Part shown: in pieces, positions 9,488 through 18,424 of the stretch | Layout: each line of letters opens with the position of its first letter | Position numbering within the stretch: the stretch's first letter is position 1 | NCBI GenBank assembly: GCA_965230955.1 | Contig: OZ246404.1 | Location: forward strand, 782,321 to 846,320 | Length of the DNA: 64,000 nucleotides | Origin: an uncultured Candidatus Saccharibacteria bacterium | GTDB lineage: Bacteria; Patescibacteriota; CALEFQ01 | Reading direction: 5' to 3' | The notes under the pieces: model-generated | Databases searched by the model: none | The model's input: only the letters and a program-made list of their open reading frames with translations | What the model was told of the DNA's origin: nothing | Made by a program: the position numbers and the translations under genes

Positions 9488-9874
9488 ATGAAAACAGTAC
9501 CTGTCAAAAAGATCCCGACCAGGGTATTAATTACCATCAGGGACAAATCAGTCCTGGAAATCAAGGTATTTCTGAAAGACCAATTCTGGTTCAGCCTCGC
9601 ACGAGAGTCAGGAGGTTTCCTTTACACCGACCATGCCGGCCGGCCAAACAAAATTTCCGCCATCGATGAAATCAACGATCGGGAAATTCTGGAATCACCT
9701 TGGCCGGAAAAAATTCAGCAGGCCTTTGAATCAGAATTGCAGACTGTCACAGATTTACGCTTAATTTTCAGCACCAGCCGAGTCTGTATGGCAAATGAAC
9801 CGACACCCGCCGAAACGGCTCAGGAATATTTTCCGCCTCACGTCCAACGCGAGCTTAACCCGGAAAACTCCTGA
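9488..9874 (+). CDS. Hypothetical protein (orphan cassette)
   Basis: TTGACT-16-TACATT promoter, AAAAGGAGG SD, terminator CTCTACTCG-CTCCT-CGAGTAGAG-T7. Confidence 0.6.
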   Translation: MKTVPVKKIPTRVLITIRDKSVLEIKVFLKDQFWFSLARESGGFLYTDHAGRPNKISAIDEINDREILESPWPEKIQQAFESELQTVTDLRLIFSTSRVCMANEPTPAETAQEYFPPHVQRELNPENS

Positions 9875-9975
9875 TACCACACCGGCCTATATCCTCTACT
9901 CGCTCCTCGAGTAGAGTTTTTTTATGACAAAAGACGCGCCGGGAAAGGCGCGCCAAGGATTCGTTTCTAAATTTA

Positions 9976-10284
9976 TTAATCCTCCACCCCAACGTAAAAA
10001 TCCTCGCAGACCTGATCAATATAGCACAATTCCAATTTATCGCCGCGGAAAACGGCACTATCCACCAAGCGGTTTTGCCCTAATTCTTCGGTCAGCAATA
10101 ACTTCGCTTGGTTAGTTTCATTCATTGTTTGGAGCTCTTGGTAACGCTTCGTAATCTGGTCATGCAGACGCTGAACTCGATAGGGCATGCCCCAGGAAGT
10201 AAATTGGACGACGTAATATCCGAAACCGGCCAAGGCCCCCACTACCACCAAAACAACAATCAAAATCTTTATTTTTTTAGTCAT
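9976..10284 (-). CDS. Single-pass membrane protein, paralog of 10300..10602
   Basis: N-terminal TM; shared YRxxRLHxQI...ELxQNRL...RG...LCYxxxxCxDF. Confidence 0.75.
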   Translation of the reverse strand: MTKKIKILIVVLVVVGALAGFGYYVVQFTSWGMPYRVQRLHDQITKRYQELQTMNETNQAKLLLTEELGQNRLVDSAVFRGDKLELCYIDQVCEDFYVGVED

Positions 10285-10299
10285 TTTTTTAATTAGTAT

Positions 10300-10602
10300 T
10301 TACCAATCTATTTCGAAATCAAGACAAGTATCATTGACATAGCACAAATAAAACAGCTCACCCCGCAATTCGGCGGTTTTGATTAACCGATTTTGATTCA
10401 ATTCCACGGTTAATATTTTTTTAGCTTGGCGCAAATCATTGTTCAGCTGCAATTGGCTGAAGCGCTGTTCGATTTGCTTATGCAATCGACCCAAGCGATA
10501 GGAAATCCCAACTGTCGTATATTTACCAACGATAAAAATAATTCCCAATCCGGCTATCACCGCCACCACCACAATGATCAAAGTTTTTATTTTTGAAATC
10601 AT
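10300..10602 (-). CDS. Single-pass membrane protein, paralog of 9976..10284
   Basis: Same conserved pattern as its neighbour. Confidence 0.75.
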   Translation of the reverse strand: MISKIKTLIIVVVAVIAGLGIIFIVGKYTTVGISYRLGRLHKQIEQRFSQLQLNNDLRQAKKILTVELNQNRLIKTAELRGELFYLCYVNDTCLDFEIDW

Positions 10603-10605
10603 TTT

Positions 10606-13600
10606 TCAACCTCGGCTAATACCGACATTTGTAACACCGCCCGGGGTCAGTTTTTGCTCTTTCTCCAAATCCGGATTTATCCGATCGGCCAAGGCCGACA
10701 GGGAGATATCCTGAGCCAGCACCTCTTTGCTGATGTATTCACGTAATTTGGCATTCGCCAGCATGCCGGTCACCGCCGAGTCGGCCGTCGTGACACTGAT
10801 TCTGATTCTATCAGCCACATTGTAATCCGCCTCTTTGCGCATATCCTGAATCAGCCTGATCATTTCCCGGGCTAAGCCTTCGGCCTGCAATTCCGGCGTT
10901 ATATCCAAGTTCAATACCACCGTCGTTCCGGCTTCCTGAACTACCGCGAACCCCGGTTTGGCTTCCAAACCTTCACTATACTCCCCCGTTTCCAGGGTAA
11001 AGCGGCCCAATTTCAGACGGCCGGCCTCGTCTTTCTGGTATCCTTTGTTCATCTCCTTTTGGATCTCCGGTAATGCCGGACCATATTTCTTACCCAAGAG
11101 CGGGAAATTTAGCTTAACCTTTTTCTTCGCATATTCTTCCGCGCCGGAAATAAATTCCAACTGTTTGATATTCAGCTCTTCCTTGACTTGATCACTCAAA
11201 TCATCCGTTATCCGCCCGCCCACAACCATAATTTTTCCTAGCGGTTGTCGCACTTTTACTTTTCCGTGTTCCCGCGCCGCGCGCCCCAGCCGCACGACTT
11301 GCAAAACCAACTCCATCTCCCGATTCAGCTTGGCATCGATCAATGTTTTGTCGGCCTCGGGATATTCCGTCAAATGGATGGATTCGGGATCATTGCCACC
11401 TTTAAGATTTTGATAAATCGATTCCGTCAAAAAAGGAATAAACGGCGCCAGCAGTTTGGATAAAGTCATCAGCACGGTATAAAGAACTTGGTAAGCTTCG
11501 GCTTTATCACTATCGCTTTCGCTTTTCCAGAAACGGCGGCGGGAACGGCGCACATACCAATTGGCCAAACTGTCGATAAATTTTTCCGTCTTGGCCACGA
11601 CCGTCGCTTGGTCGTATTTTTTGAGCGATTGATTTGTCTGCGCAACCAGCTCGTGCAAAGCGGATAAAATCCAGCGATCGAGCTTATGTTTTGGCGCTTG
11701 GCGGACCAGAGTCAGCTTCGGCTGATCGATATTGGCGTAGGTGACAAAAAAGACATAGACATTCCACAGCAACAATAATTTTCGGCGCACTTCATCGGCC
11801 ACATGGTAGCCAAAACGCAGGTTCAATTCCGGCTGCTGGGCACAATACATCCAGCGCATAACATCGACGCCGATTTTTTCGGCCGCGTCATCAAACCAAA
11901 TGGCATTACCTTTGGATTTGTGCATTTCCTCGCCTTTTTCATCCTTGACCGTCGCATAACCGAGAACGGTTTGAAAAGGATTGGTATCTTCCAGCGCCGT
12001 ACTCATCGCAATCAGAGAATAAAACCAATTTTTGAACTGTCCGGGAAAAGATTCCGAAATGAAATCGGCGGGAAACCACTTTTTCCAGTATTCTTTGTCT
12101 CGGAAATAGCCCATCGTGGAAAACGGCACGATCCCGGCGTCCAGCCAGGGATTGCCCACGTCCGGTATACGGCTCACTGATTTGCCGCATTTGGGGCACT
12201 TGATTTTGATCGCGTCAATCCAAGGTTTGTGAGGACTGTGGCCATCGAACTCCGTCCAGCCGGCGACGGCTTTCTTTTGTAATTCTTCCCGCGAGCCGAT
12301 CACTTCAAAATGACCGCACTGGCATTCCCAAATCGGTAAGGCCAGGCCCCAATAACGCTTCTTCGAGATCAACCAGTCGTGCATATTTTTGAGCCAATCC
12401 AATTCTCGATCCAGGCCAAAACTCGGAATCCAATTGATTTTCTTGGATACCGCCATCATTTGGTGGCGCAATTTATCCATCGAAATATACCACTCATCCA
12501 CCACGCGCCAAACCAGTTCGTCTTTACAGCGCCAGCAAGTCGGATAGCGGTGCGTATATTCTTCCACTTTGAAATAATGCGTTTTTTGCTTTTTGAGATA
12601 ATCTAAAATTATTTCCGGCTTATTTTTGGCATTTTGCCCGCTGAAAGATCCCAGCTGATCCAGATATCCGGCGCTTTCATCAATCACATCAATCACCGGC
12701 AGTTTTTTTTCTTTGCCCAGCAAAAAATCTTCCGTCCCGGCACCGGGAGCGATATGGACAATTCCCGTTCCTTCTTCCGCCGTTACCAAATCTTTGCCAT
12801 CGACCACCGAATGAAAAGTTTTTTCATTCGTCTTTTTCGCTTCTTGCACCCGCGGCAAATTATCGAACGGTCCGCGATAATGCAACCCAGCCAGTTTGGC
12901 GCCGGAATTTTTTTCCACTTCTTTCCAATCTTTCCCCAAAACCTTGGCCGCCAGCTCGGCTAACATAATCAATTTTTCTCCATCTTTGGCGTAGACTCCG
13001 TAATCGAACTCGGGATTGACGGCCAGCGCAACATTGGCGGGAATAGTCCAAGGCGTGGTCGTCCAAACCAAGAATTGTTCGCCGGGGCGCTCGATAATCG
13101 GCAATTTGAAAAATATCGCCTTGTGTTTGAGCTGTTTGTATTCCTCGCTCAATATCTCATGCTGAGATATGGCTGTACCGCAACGGGGACACCAGGGGAC
13201 GGAATCACGTCCTTTGTATAAGTCGCCGCGCTCGAAGCAAGTTTTGATAAAATGCCAGATGGCGAAATTATTCTCATCACTCATCGTGTAATATGAATTG
13301 TCCCAGTCCATCCACTGTCCCAGACGAATCGACTGCTTGGTTTGGATAGCGGAATATTTTCGCACCCGCTCTTTGCATTTTTCGACAAATTCGCCAACGC
13401 CGTATTTTTCGATATCTTTTTTAGTCTTGAATTTCAGTTCTTTTTCAACTTCCACTTCCACCCACAAGCCCTGGCAATCGAAACCATTTTGCCAACGCTG
13501 ATCAAAACCCCGCATGGCAAAATAGCGCTGGAAAAGATCCTTCAGAGTTCGGCCCCAAGCGTGATGCACCCCCATCGGATTATTTGCGGTAATCGGACCG

Positions 13601-13734
13601 TCGAGAAATGACCAAGTCTTTTTTCCTTTCAGCTGTTGCTGAAGCTTGGCAAAAATTTTGTGTTTCGCCCAAAAATCGAGCATCTCGTGCTCGAGAACAA
13701 CGAAGTTCTGTTTCGGGTTTACTGGCTTTAACAT
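10606..13734 (-). CDS. ileS: Isoleucine--tRNA ligase, type 2 (GXHH variant)
   Basis: DGPITANNPMGVHHAW, WTTTPWT, DWLISKKRYWG, EMHKSKGN; no C-terminal zinc finger. The first 14 aa of the ORF-track call are translated heptamer repeat, so the start is moved to ATG 13734. Confidence 0.93.
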   Translation of the reverse strand: MLKPVNPKQNFVVLEHEMLDFWAKHKIFAKLQQQLKGKKTWSFLDGPITANNPMGVHHAWGRTLKDLFQRYFAMRGFDQRWQNGFDCQGLWVEVEVEKELKFKTKKDIEKYGVGEFVEKCKERVRKYSAIQTKQSIRLGQWMDWDNSYYTMSDENNFAIWHFIKTCFERGDLYKGRDSVPWCPRCGTAISQHEILSEEYKQLKHKAIFFKLPIIERPGEQFLVWTTTPWTIPANVALAVNPEFDYGVYAKDGEKLIMLAELAAKVLGKDWKEVEKNSGAKLAGLHYRGPFDNLPRVQEAKKTNEKTFHSVVDGKDLVTAEEGTGIVHIAPGAGTEDFLLGKEKKLPVIDVIDESAGYLDQLGSFSGQNAKNKPEIILDYLKKQKTHYFKVEEYTHRYPTCWRCKDELVWRVVDEWYISMDKLRHQMMAVSKKINWIPSFGLDRELDWLKNMHDWLISKKRYWGLALPIWECQCGHFEVIGSREELQKKAVAGWTEFDGHSPHKPWIDAIKIKCPKCGKSVSRIPDVGNPWLDAGIVPFSTMGYFRDKEYWKKWFPADFISESFPGQFKNWFYSLIAMSTALEDTNPFQTVLGYATVKDEKGEEMHKSKGNAIWFDDAAEKIGVDVMRWMYCAQQPELNLRFGYHVADEVRRKLLLLWNVYVFFVTYANIDQPKLTLVRQAPKHKLDRWILSALHELVAQTNQSLKKYDQATVVAKTEKFIDSLANWYVRRSRRRFWKSESDSDKAEAYQVLYTVLMTLSKLLAPFIPFLTESIYQNLKGGNDPESIHLTEYPEADKTLIDAKLNREMELVLQVVRLGRAAREHGKVKVRQPLGKIMVVGGRITDDLSDQVKEELNIKQLEFISGAEEYAKKKVKLNFPLLGKKYGPALPEIQKEMNKGYQKDEAGRLKLGRFTLETGEYSEGLEAKPGFAVVQEAGTTVVLNLDITPELQAEGLAREMIRLIQDMRKEADYNVADRIRISVTTADSAVTGMLANAKLREYISKEVLAQDISLSALADRINPDLEKEQKLTPGGVTNVGISRG

Positions 13735-13741
13735 AAAACGA

Positions 13742-13825
13742 ATAACAATTAACAGGTAACAGCTAACAAGTAACAAATTGGAAAAAATTCCATACCTGTT
13801 ACTTGTTACCTGTTACTTGCTACTT
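13742..13825. repeat. Inverted heptamer array (TAACA-type), copy E
   Basis: aacaggtaacagctaacaagtaacaaattggaaaaaattccatacctgttacttgttacctgttacttgctactt. Confidence 0.85.
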
Positions 13826-14339
13826 AATCACTCTCTCCGGTCAAAGTTCCTAAAAACCGACGGATTTTTGTCAGTGGCACGTCCCAGCTGTCTGGCAAAA
13901 AAGTATTTTCCCCGGTTTGCAAATCCTCCGCGGTAATTTCAAAAATCTGCTTTCGTCCTTCCTCATTGAAAAGCGTCAAAGTTTCGTTTAGGGAAGTTTC
14001 ACCGGAATTTTCCAGCTTGAGTTTCTCTTTTAATTCGTCATACCGTTTATTGCTGATCAAGGTGTAGAATTCGGTCACTTCGTCTCGACTTACCTGAGCC
14101 AGCTGTTCCCCCGCCTTTTTTGAATTTACTTTTACCTTTCCGTCATAACCAACCTCCACATATTCGCTAAAAGTGCCGGTTTTGTCAATCCGATCCAGCG
14201 TGAAAAATTGGCCGGTCTCCGGCAAATCCAGTTCGGATTGAGGCCCGAATTTGGTCAAAGAAGTCAAAGAATCCGTACTACAGCCGGAAAAAAGGAGCAA
14301 CGCGGCGCTCACGAGTATAATTGTCGATAAAAGTTTCAT
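13824..14339 (-). CDS. Lipoprotein, hypothetical
   Basis: Signal peptide with lipobox LLFSGC. Confidence 0.7.
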   Translation of the reverse strand: MKLLSTIILVSAALLLFSGCSTDSLTSLTKFGPQSELDLPETGQFFTLDRIDKTGTFSEYVEVGYDGKVKVNSKKAGEQLAQVSRDEVTEFYTLISNKRYDELKEKLKLENSGETSLNETLTLFNEEGRKQIFEITAEDLQTGENTFLPDSWDVPLTKIRRFLGTLTGESD

Positions 14340-14543
14340 GACAACAAGGTTTAATTACCATCATTTTATCAGAAATTGGCTGAATTGGATAGTTTTTAGG
14401 CAAAATAAAAACGGAGCTTTGGGTAAGCTCCGCTGCTTCCATGCTCCAAACAAGCATTCGCTGATATTAAGAAAACCCTTTTGCACTATCAGCACGATTC
14501 CCAAAAATAGAAAAGGGGGCTCGCTTTCACAAGCCCCCTCGGA

Positions 14544-15386
14544 TCATTCATGTTTGTAGAGTTTCAACTCTACCTCCTGGTGACAGCCTACCGGAACAAA
14601 TCCGTCATAGGCTTGGATGTTGATACGCTGCCCGCTAAGATAGAGACTAAGCAGCGCAACGGGCGAGTATTCCGCCCTGTTCCCAGCGCGGTTTTCGTAG
14701 ACCGCCTGGACTCGATTGAGAGGAGCACAGAACGATACCGAAGTTTCGAAGCATAGCAGCAAGAACAAGGTCTTGGAAAACTGAGACTTCTGCTTTGCCA
14801 TCAAAGCTTCCAGTGTATTGGGGTTTCGAAATTCGAGCGTAGTCAAGAGAGACAACATGTCAGTAACTCGATACATCGAACTGGAAACTTCCAACGGATA
14901 CCCGAAATCGAATTCAGCTCGAGTCCAATCATACTGCAGGACGAAGCCGTTTGACGAGTCGAATTCAGGCAGACGCTGCGACTGATCAACCGGGTAACAA
15001 TAACTGATATTGCGTCCCAGTCGAAGAGAGAAACCAATAGCTTGCGGATAATCATCAAGGGCATCGGTCACCTGTTTCACGAGAAAGTCTTTGACAAAAA
15101 GATTGTCATCGACGAGAAACAGGACATACTCGAATCCATTGAGAGACCTTAGAACATCGAGCCGGAATTCTGTCTCGCGAATGAATTCCACCCCGTGTTC
15201 CCGGGCAAACAGTGTCGCCATTTGGAGATAAAGTTCCTCCATCAAAGCGTCGCTGGCGGCCCAAATCACCTTCATCTTTATAACTTCTGAATCGCGGCAG
15301 TGAAGGAAAAATCCGCGAATAGTAGCATCCAGTTGCAAGGGACGATCCTTGCTGAAAAGAATGACAACAGCATTACGCGTGTTCAT
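14544..15386 (-). CDS. Putative GT-A fold glycosyltransferase
   Basis: ILFSKDRPLQL start, FLVDD (DxD-like) motif; own TTGACA promoter, G-rich SD and terminator at about 14511-14539. Confidence 0.6.
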   Translation of the reverse strand: MNTRNAVVILFSKDRPLQLDATIRGFFLHCRDSEVIKMKVIWAASDALMEELYLQMATLFAREHGVEFIRETEFRLDVLRSLNGFEYVLFLVDDNLFVKDFLVKQVTDALDDYPQAIGFSLRLGRNISYCYPVDQSQRLPEFDSSNGFVLQYDWTRAEFDFGYPLEVSSSMYRVTDMLSLLTTLEFRNPNTLEALMAKQKSQFSKTLFLLLCFETSVSFCAPLNRVQAVYENRAGNRAEYSPVALLSLYLSGQRINIQAYDGFVPVGCHQEVELKLYKHE

Positions 15387-15553
15387 TAGGATCCCCCCTT
15401 TTTCTCCGCTTCATGAGCGGAAAACTATACCAGGCACCTTGCCTGATACCTTATATTTATATCACAAAAAGATTGTTCTGTCAAGTATAAAAAAACAGAA
15501 ATAGAAATTTCTGTTATACCCGCAGATCGAATATTGATAATGGAAAATTAATT

Positions 15554-15640
15554 TGGTGCCGAGGGGGGGACTTGAACCCCCAAGGGATTTCTCCCATAGC
15601 GCCCTGAACGCTACGTGTTTGCCAATTTCACCACCTCGGC
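15554..15640 (-). tRNA. tRNA-Leu (CAG)
   Basis: GCCGAGG acceptor, D-loop TGGC, anticodon arm TAGCG-TTCAGGG-CGCTA, long variable arm, GGTTCAAGTCC, encoded CCA. Confidence 0.95.
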
Positions 15641-15669
15641 ATGCAAATGAAAAGAATATATATTTTAAT

Positions 15670-15718
15670 TACGTGTTTGCCAATTTCCTGCCTGCCGGTA
15701 GGCAGGCACCACCTCGGC
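15670..15718 (-). pseudogene. Duplicated 5' fragment of tRNA-Leu interrupted by a 20-bp palindrome
   Basis: tacgtgtttgccaattt[cctgcctgccggtaggcagg]caccacctcggc versus tRNA 15612-15640 tacgtgtttgccaatttcaccacctcggc. Confidence 0.85.
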
Positions 15719-15812
15719 CGACTTTTCTAGAATATAATTCTAAAACTTTTAACCCTAACTGTCAATTTTCAAATAGCGCTGGCTGAATGCCAGCGCTATT
15801 CAATCCCAAATA

Positions 15813-16511
15813 CTAGAGCTTCTCTTTTATTTTCGATTCCAGCGCGCTCGCTTCCAGCATTCCCCCAATTTGCACCCCGTTCAAGAAAGCGGCCGGTGTC
15901 CCAGAAACGCCATAAGACTCCCCGTCCGCTTGATCGGCCTTGATCGCGTCGGCTACCGCCGAACTTTTCATGTCTTCCTCAAATTGAGAAACATTAAGTT
16001 TCAACTGCCGAGCGAATTCGACATATTTGCCGTCAGCCAAAGCGGCTTGGTTTTTGAAAAGCAGATCGGACATTTCCCAAAACTTTCCTTGCTGTTCCGC
16101 CGCGGCCGCCGCTTGGGCCGCCGGTAGCGCCTGGGGATGTCCGCTGAGAGGGAAATGGCGATAAACGATACGGAGATCACTGTTACTGAAAGTTTTGCGC
16201 GCCGCAATGGTGCTCTCGTGCATTTTAGAGCAGTAGGGGCACTGATAATCAGTGAAAATAATCAAAGTCACTTTCGCTTCGGCCTCTCCGGAAAAAACCG
16301 AATTGCCGGCTTTCACGTCTTCCGGATTAGGCGCCGGAGCCGGTTCGGCCAATTTCATCTGCTGTTCGTAAGCGGCAATGAGTGGAGCGCTTTTCGCCTC
16401 GAGATCGGAATATTTCACCTGCAAACCGCTGACCACTAAATACTGCCAGCTCAAACTGATGACAAAAAGAACGCAGACTAAGATCGCAATAACTTTCCAG
16501 GAATCTTTCAT
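15813..16511 (-). CDS. DsbA/BdbD-like thioredoxin-fold protein
   Basis: FTDYQCPYC, YRHFPL, GVSGTP; N-terminal TM. Confidence 0.9.
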   Translation of the reverse strand: MKDSWKVIAILVCVLFVISLSWQYLVVSGLQVKYSDLEAKSAPLIAAYEQQMKLAEPAPAPNPEDVKAGNSVFSGEAEAKVTLIIFTDYQCPYCSKMHESTIAARKTFSNSDLRIVYRHFPLSGHPQALPAAQAAAAAEQQGKFWEMSDLLFKNQAALADGKYVEFARQLKLNVSQFEEDMKSSAVADAIKADQADGESYGVSGTPAAFLNGVQIGGMLEASALESKIKEKL

Positions 16512-16522
16512 AAAATTTTATT

Positions 16523-16612
16523 AAACAAGTAACAGATAACAAGTAACAGGTAACAATTAACAAATTGGAGAAAATCCCATACCTGTTACTTGTTCCCTGT
16601 TACTTGCTACTT
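16523..16612. repeat. Inverted heptamer array (TAACA-type), copy F
   Basis: 16558-16612 matches 13771-13825 at 52 of 55 positions. Confidence 0.85.
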
Positions 16613-16615
16613 GGT

Positions 16616-18340
16616 TTACATTCTCTCCAGCACTTTGATGCCCAAAATACCCAAGCCATTCTTCAGCACTTGCGCCGTGGCGGCGCATAAACTCAACCGG
16701 CTGTTTTTCAGATCGACCGTCTCCGCTTTCAAGACCGGCACAGCATTATAAAACGCATTGTAAGTCCTTGACAAGTCCCCCAAATATTCGGCCAGCAAAT
16801 TAGGGGAGTAGCTCAGCGCTGCTTTCCTGATCAATTCCGGGAAACGACTCAATCGGCGTAATAAATATTGTTCTTCCGGCAGGTCCAAACCAGCGACCGA
16901 CTCACCTATTTTCTTTATTCCGCTCTTTCGAATAATCCCTTGAATACGGGCATACGTATATTGGATATACGGTCCAGTATCACCAGTCATTTTAATCGTG
17001 GTTTCCGGGTCAAAATGAATATCTTTCGGCACTTCGTACTTTAGAATACCGTATTTCATGGCCGCCAGCGCGATCGCTTCCGCGGTCGCGTCTTCATTTT
17101 CCTTCGGCACCTGAATTTTACTCTCTTTCATCACCGTTGCCGCTCGCGTTTTCATCTCGTCCAAAAACTTGTCAGTCGAGACAACATTCCCCTTCCGCGA
17201 CGACATTTTTTCGCGCCCCAGATAAATATAACCGTAAGCCAAATGGTGGCTGCGCTGAGCAAAACTATAGCCGATCAGCTGATAGATCGCAAAAAGAACC
17301 TGGAAATGAAAACTTTGATGAATATCGACGCAATACAACATCCGCTCGGGGTGATACTTTTTCTCCCGCGCCTCGCCCAAATACATATCCTGGGTGATAT
17401 AGATCGAAGTGCCATCGGCGCGCAATAAAACCTTTTCACCCAGACCGAATTTAGACAAATCCACCACGACCTGGCCATCGGGCTTTTTAACAAAGAGGCC
17501 CTTTTTCAAATAGCGCTCGACGATTTCTTTTCCTTTTTGGTAAATATCGCTCTCATAAACTTTATCATCAAATCGTGAACCCTCGCGCTGATAAGTTTGA
17601 GCGAAACCCTGATAGACCCAGGCATTCATCTTTTTCCACAAAGCCCGAACCTCGGGATCGCCCGCTTCCCATTTAACCAGCATTTGGGCCACTTGATCGG
17701 CCAGAGTCGGATCTTTCGCCAATTCGTTTTCATACCGAACATAGAAGCTGCCGACAAAATGATCACTCTTCATTTTAGCGCTCTCCGGCGTTTGGCCCTG
17801 CCCAAACTTTTGGTACATCAACATACTTTTGCAAATATGTTGGCCACGGTCATTCAATAATATTGTCAAAACGACATCATAGCCAATCGCTTTCAATAAA
17901 TTATACACGGCCATGCCGATTGCATCATTACGGAAATGCCCGATATGCAGAGCCTTATTGGTATTGGGACTGGAATATTCCAGGACTATTTTTTTCCCCC
18001 GCCCCGAATCATCATGGCCGAACCGGTCGCCGGCCTTGATAATTTCCAATACGATGCTTTGATTAGAAGCGGCCGATAAATGGAAATTGATGAAGCCGGG
18101 CTTAGCCACTTCCACTTTCGAAAAATACTTTTTACTGTCGCCAGCGACGATTTTAGGAGCCAGCTCCGTCGCAATTTTTATCGGCGCTTGTTTCAATCGC
18201 TTGGCCAGCACCATGGCGATATTGGAAGAAAAATCCCCGTGGCTCTCATCGCGCGGATGTTCCACGACAAAAGAGACATCTGGAGAGATGTCCGAGCCTA
18301 AGGCATCACGAATTACTTGTTCGATATATTGTTTGATCAT
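16616..18340 (-). CDS. argS: Arginine--tRNA ligase
   Basis: HGDFSSN, EYSSPNTNKALHIGH, KMSSRKGN, GPYIQYTYAR, C-terminal ERM. Confidence 0.95.
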   Translation of the reverse strand: MIKQYIEQVIRDALGSDISPDVSFVVEHPRDESHGDFSSNIAMVLAKRLKQAPIKIATELAPKIVAGDSKKYFSKVEVAKPGFINFHLSAASNQSIVLEIIKAGDRFGHDDSGRGKKIVLEYSSPNTNKALHIGHFRNDAIGMAVYNLLKAIGYDVVLTILLNDRGQHICKSMLMYQKFGQGQTPESAKMKSDHFVGSFYVRYENELAKDPTLADQVAQMLVKWEAGDPEVRALWKKMNAWVYQGFAQTYQREGSRFDDKVYESDIYQKGKEIVERYLKKGLFVKKPDGQVVVDLSKFGLGEKVLLRADGTSIYITQDMYLGEAREKKYHPERMLYCVDIHQSFHFQVLFAIYQLIGYSFAQRSHHLAYGYIYLGREKMSSRKGNVVSTDKFLDEMKTRAATVMKESKIQVPKENEDATAEAIALAAMKYGILKYEVPKDIHFDPETTIKMTGDTGPYIQYTYARIQGIIRKSGIKKIGESVAGLDLPEEQYLLRRLSRFPELIRKAALSYSPNLLAEYLGDLSRTYNAFYNAVPVLKAETVDLKNSRLSLCAATAQVLKNGLGILGIKVLERM

Positions 18341-18365
18341 CTAAAATTAATGACATTATTGTCTA

Positions 18366-18422
18366 TAAGACTAAAGACCATACCTGCGGCAGGCAGGGAC
18401 TAAAGACAAAAGACCAAAGACT
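18366..18422. repeat. TAAAGAC heptamer array interrupted by a CCTGC..GCAGG palindrome
   Basis: taagac taaagac [catacctgcggcaggcagg] gac taaagac aaaagac caaagac. Confidence 0.75.
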
Positions 18423-18424
18423 CT

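Noticed and set aside
13735-13776. N-terminal extension of IleS (MLLVSCYLLIVIRF) and ORF 16327..16563
   Set aside because: These are translations of heptamer repeats, not protein-like sequence.
1218-16612. Heptamer arrays as CRISPR repeats
   Set aside because: No regular repeat-spacer units, and no cas1/cas2 in the window.
13735-18424. T-box leaders for ileS and argS
   Set aside because: No T-box consensus (GGTGGNACC) and the upstream regions are too short.
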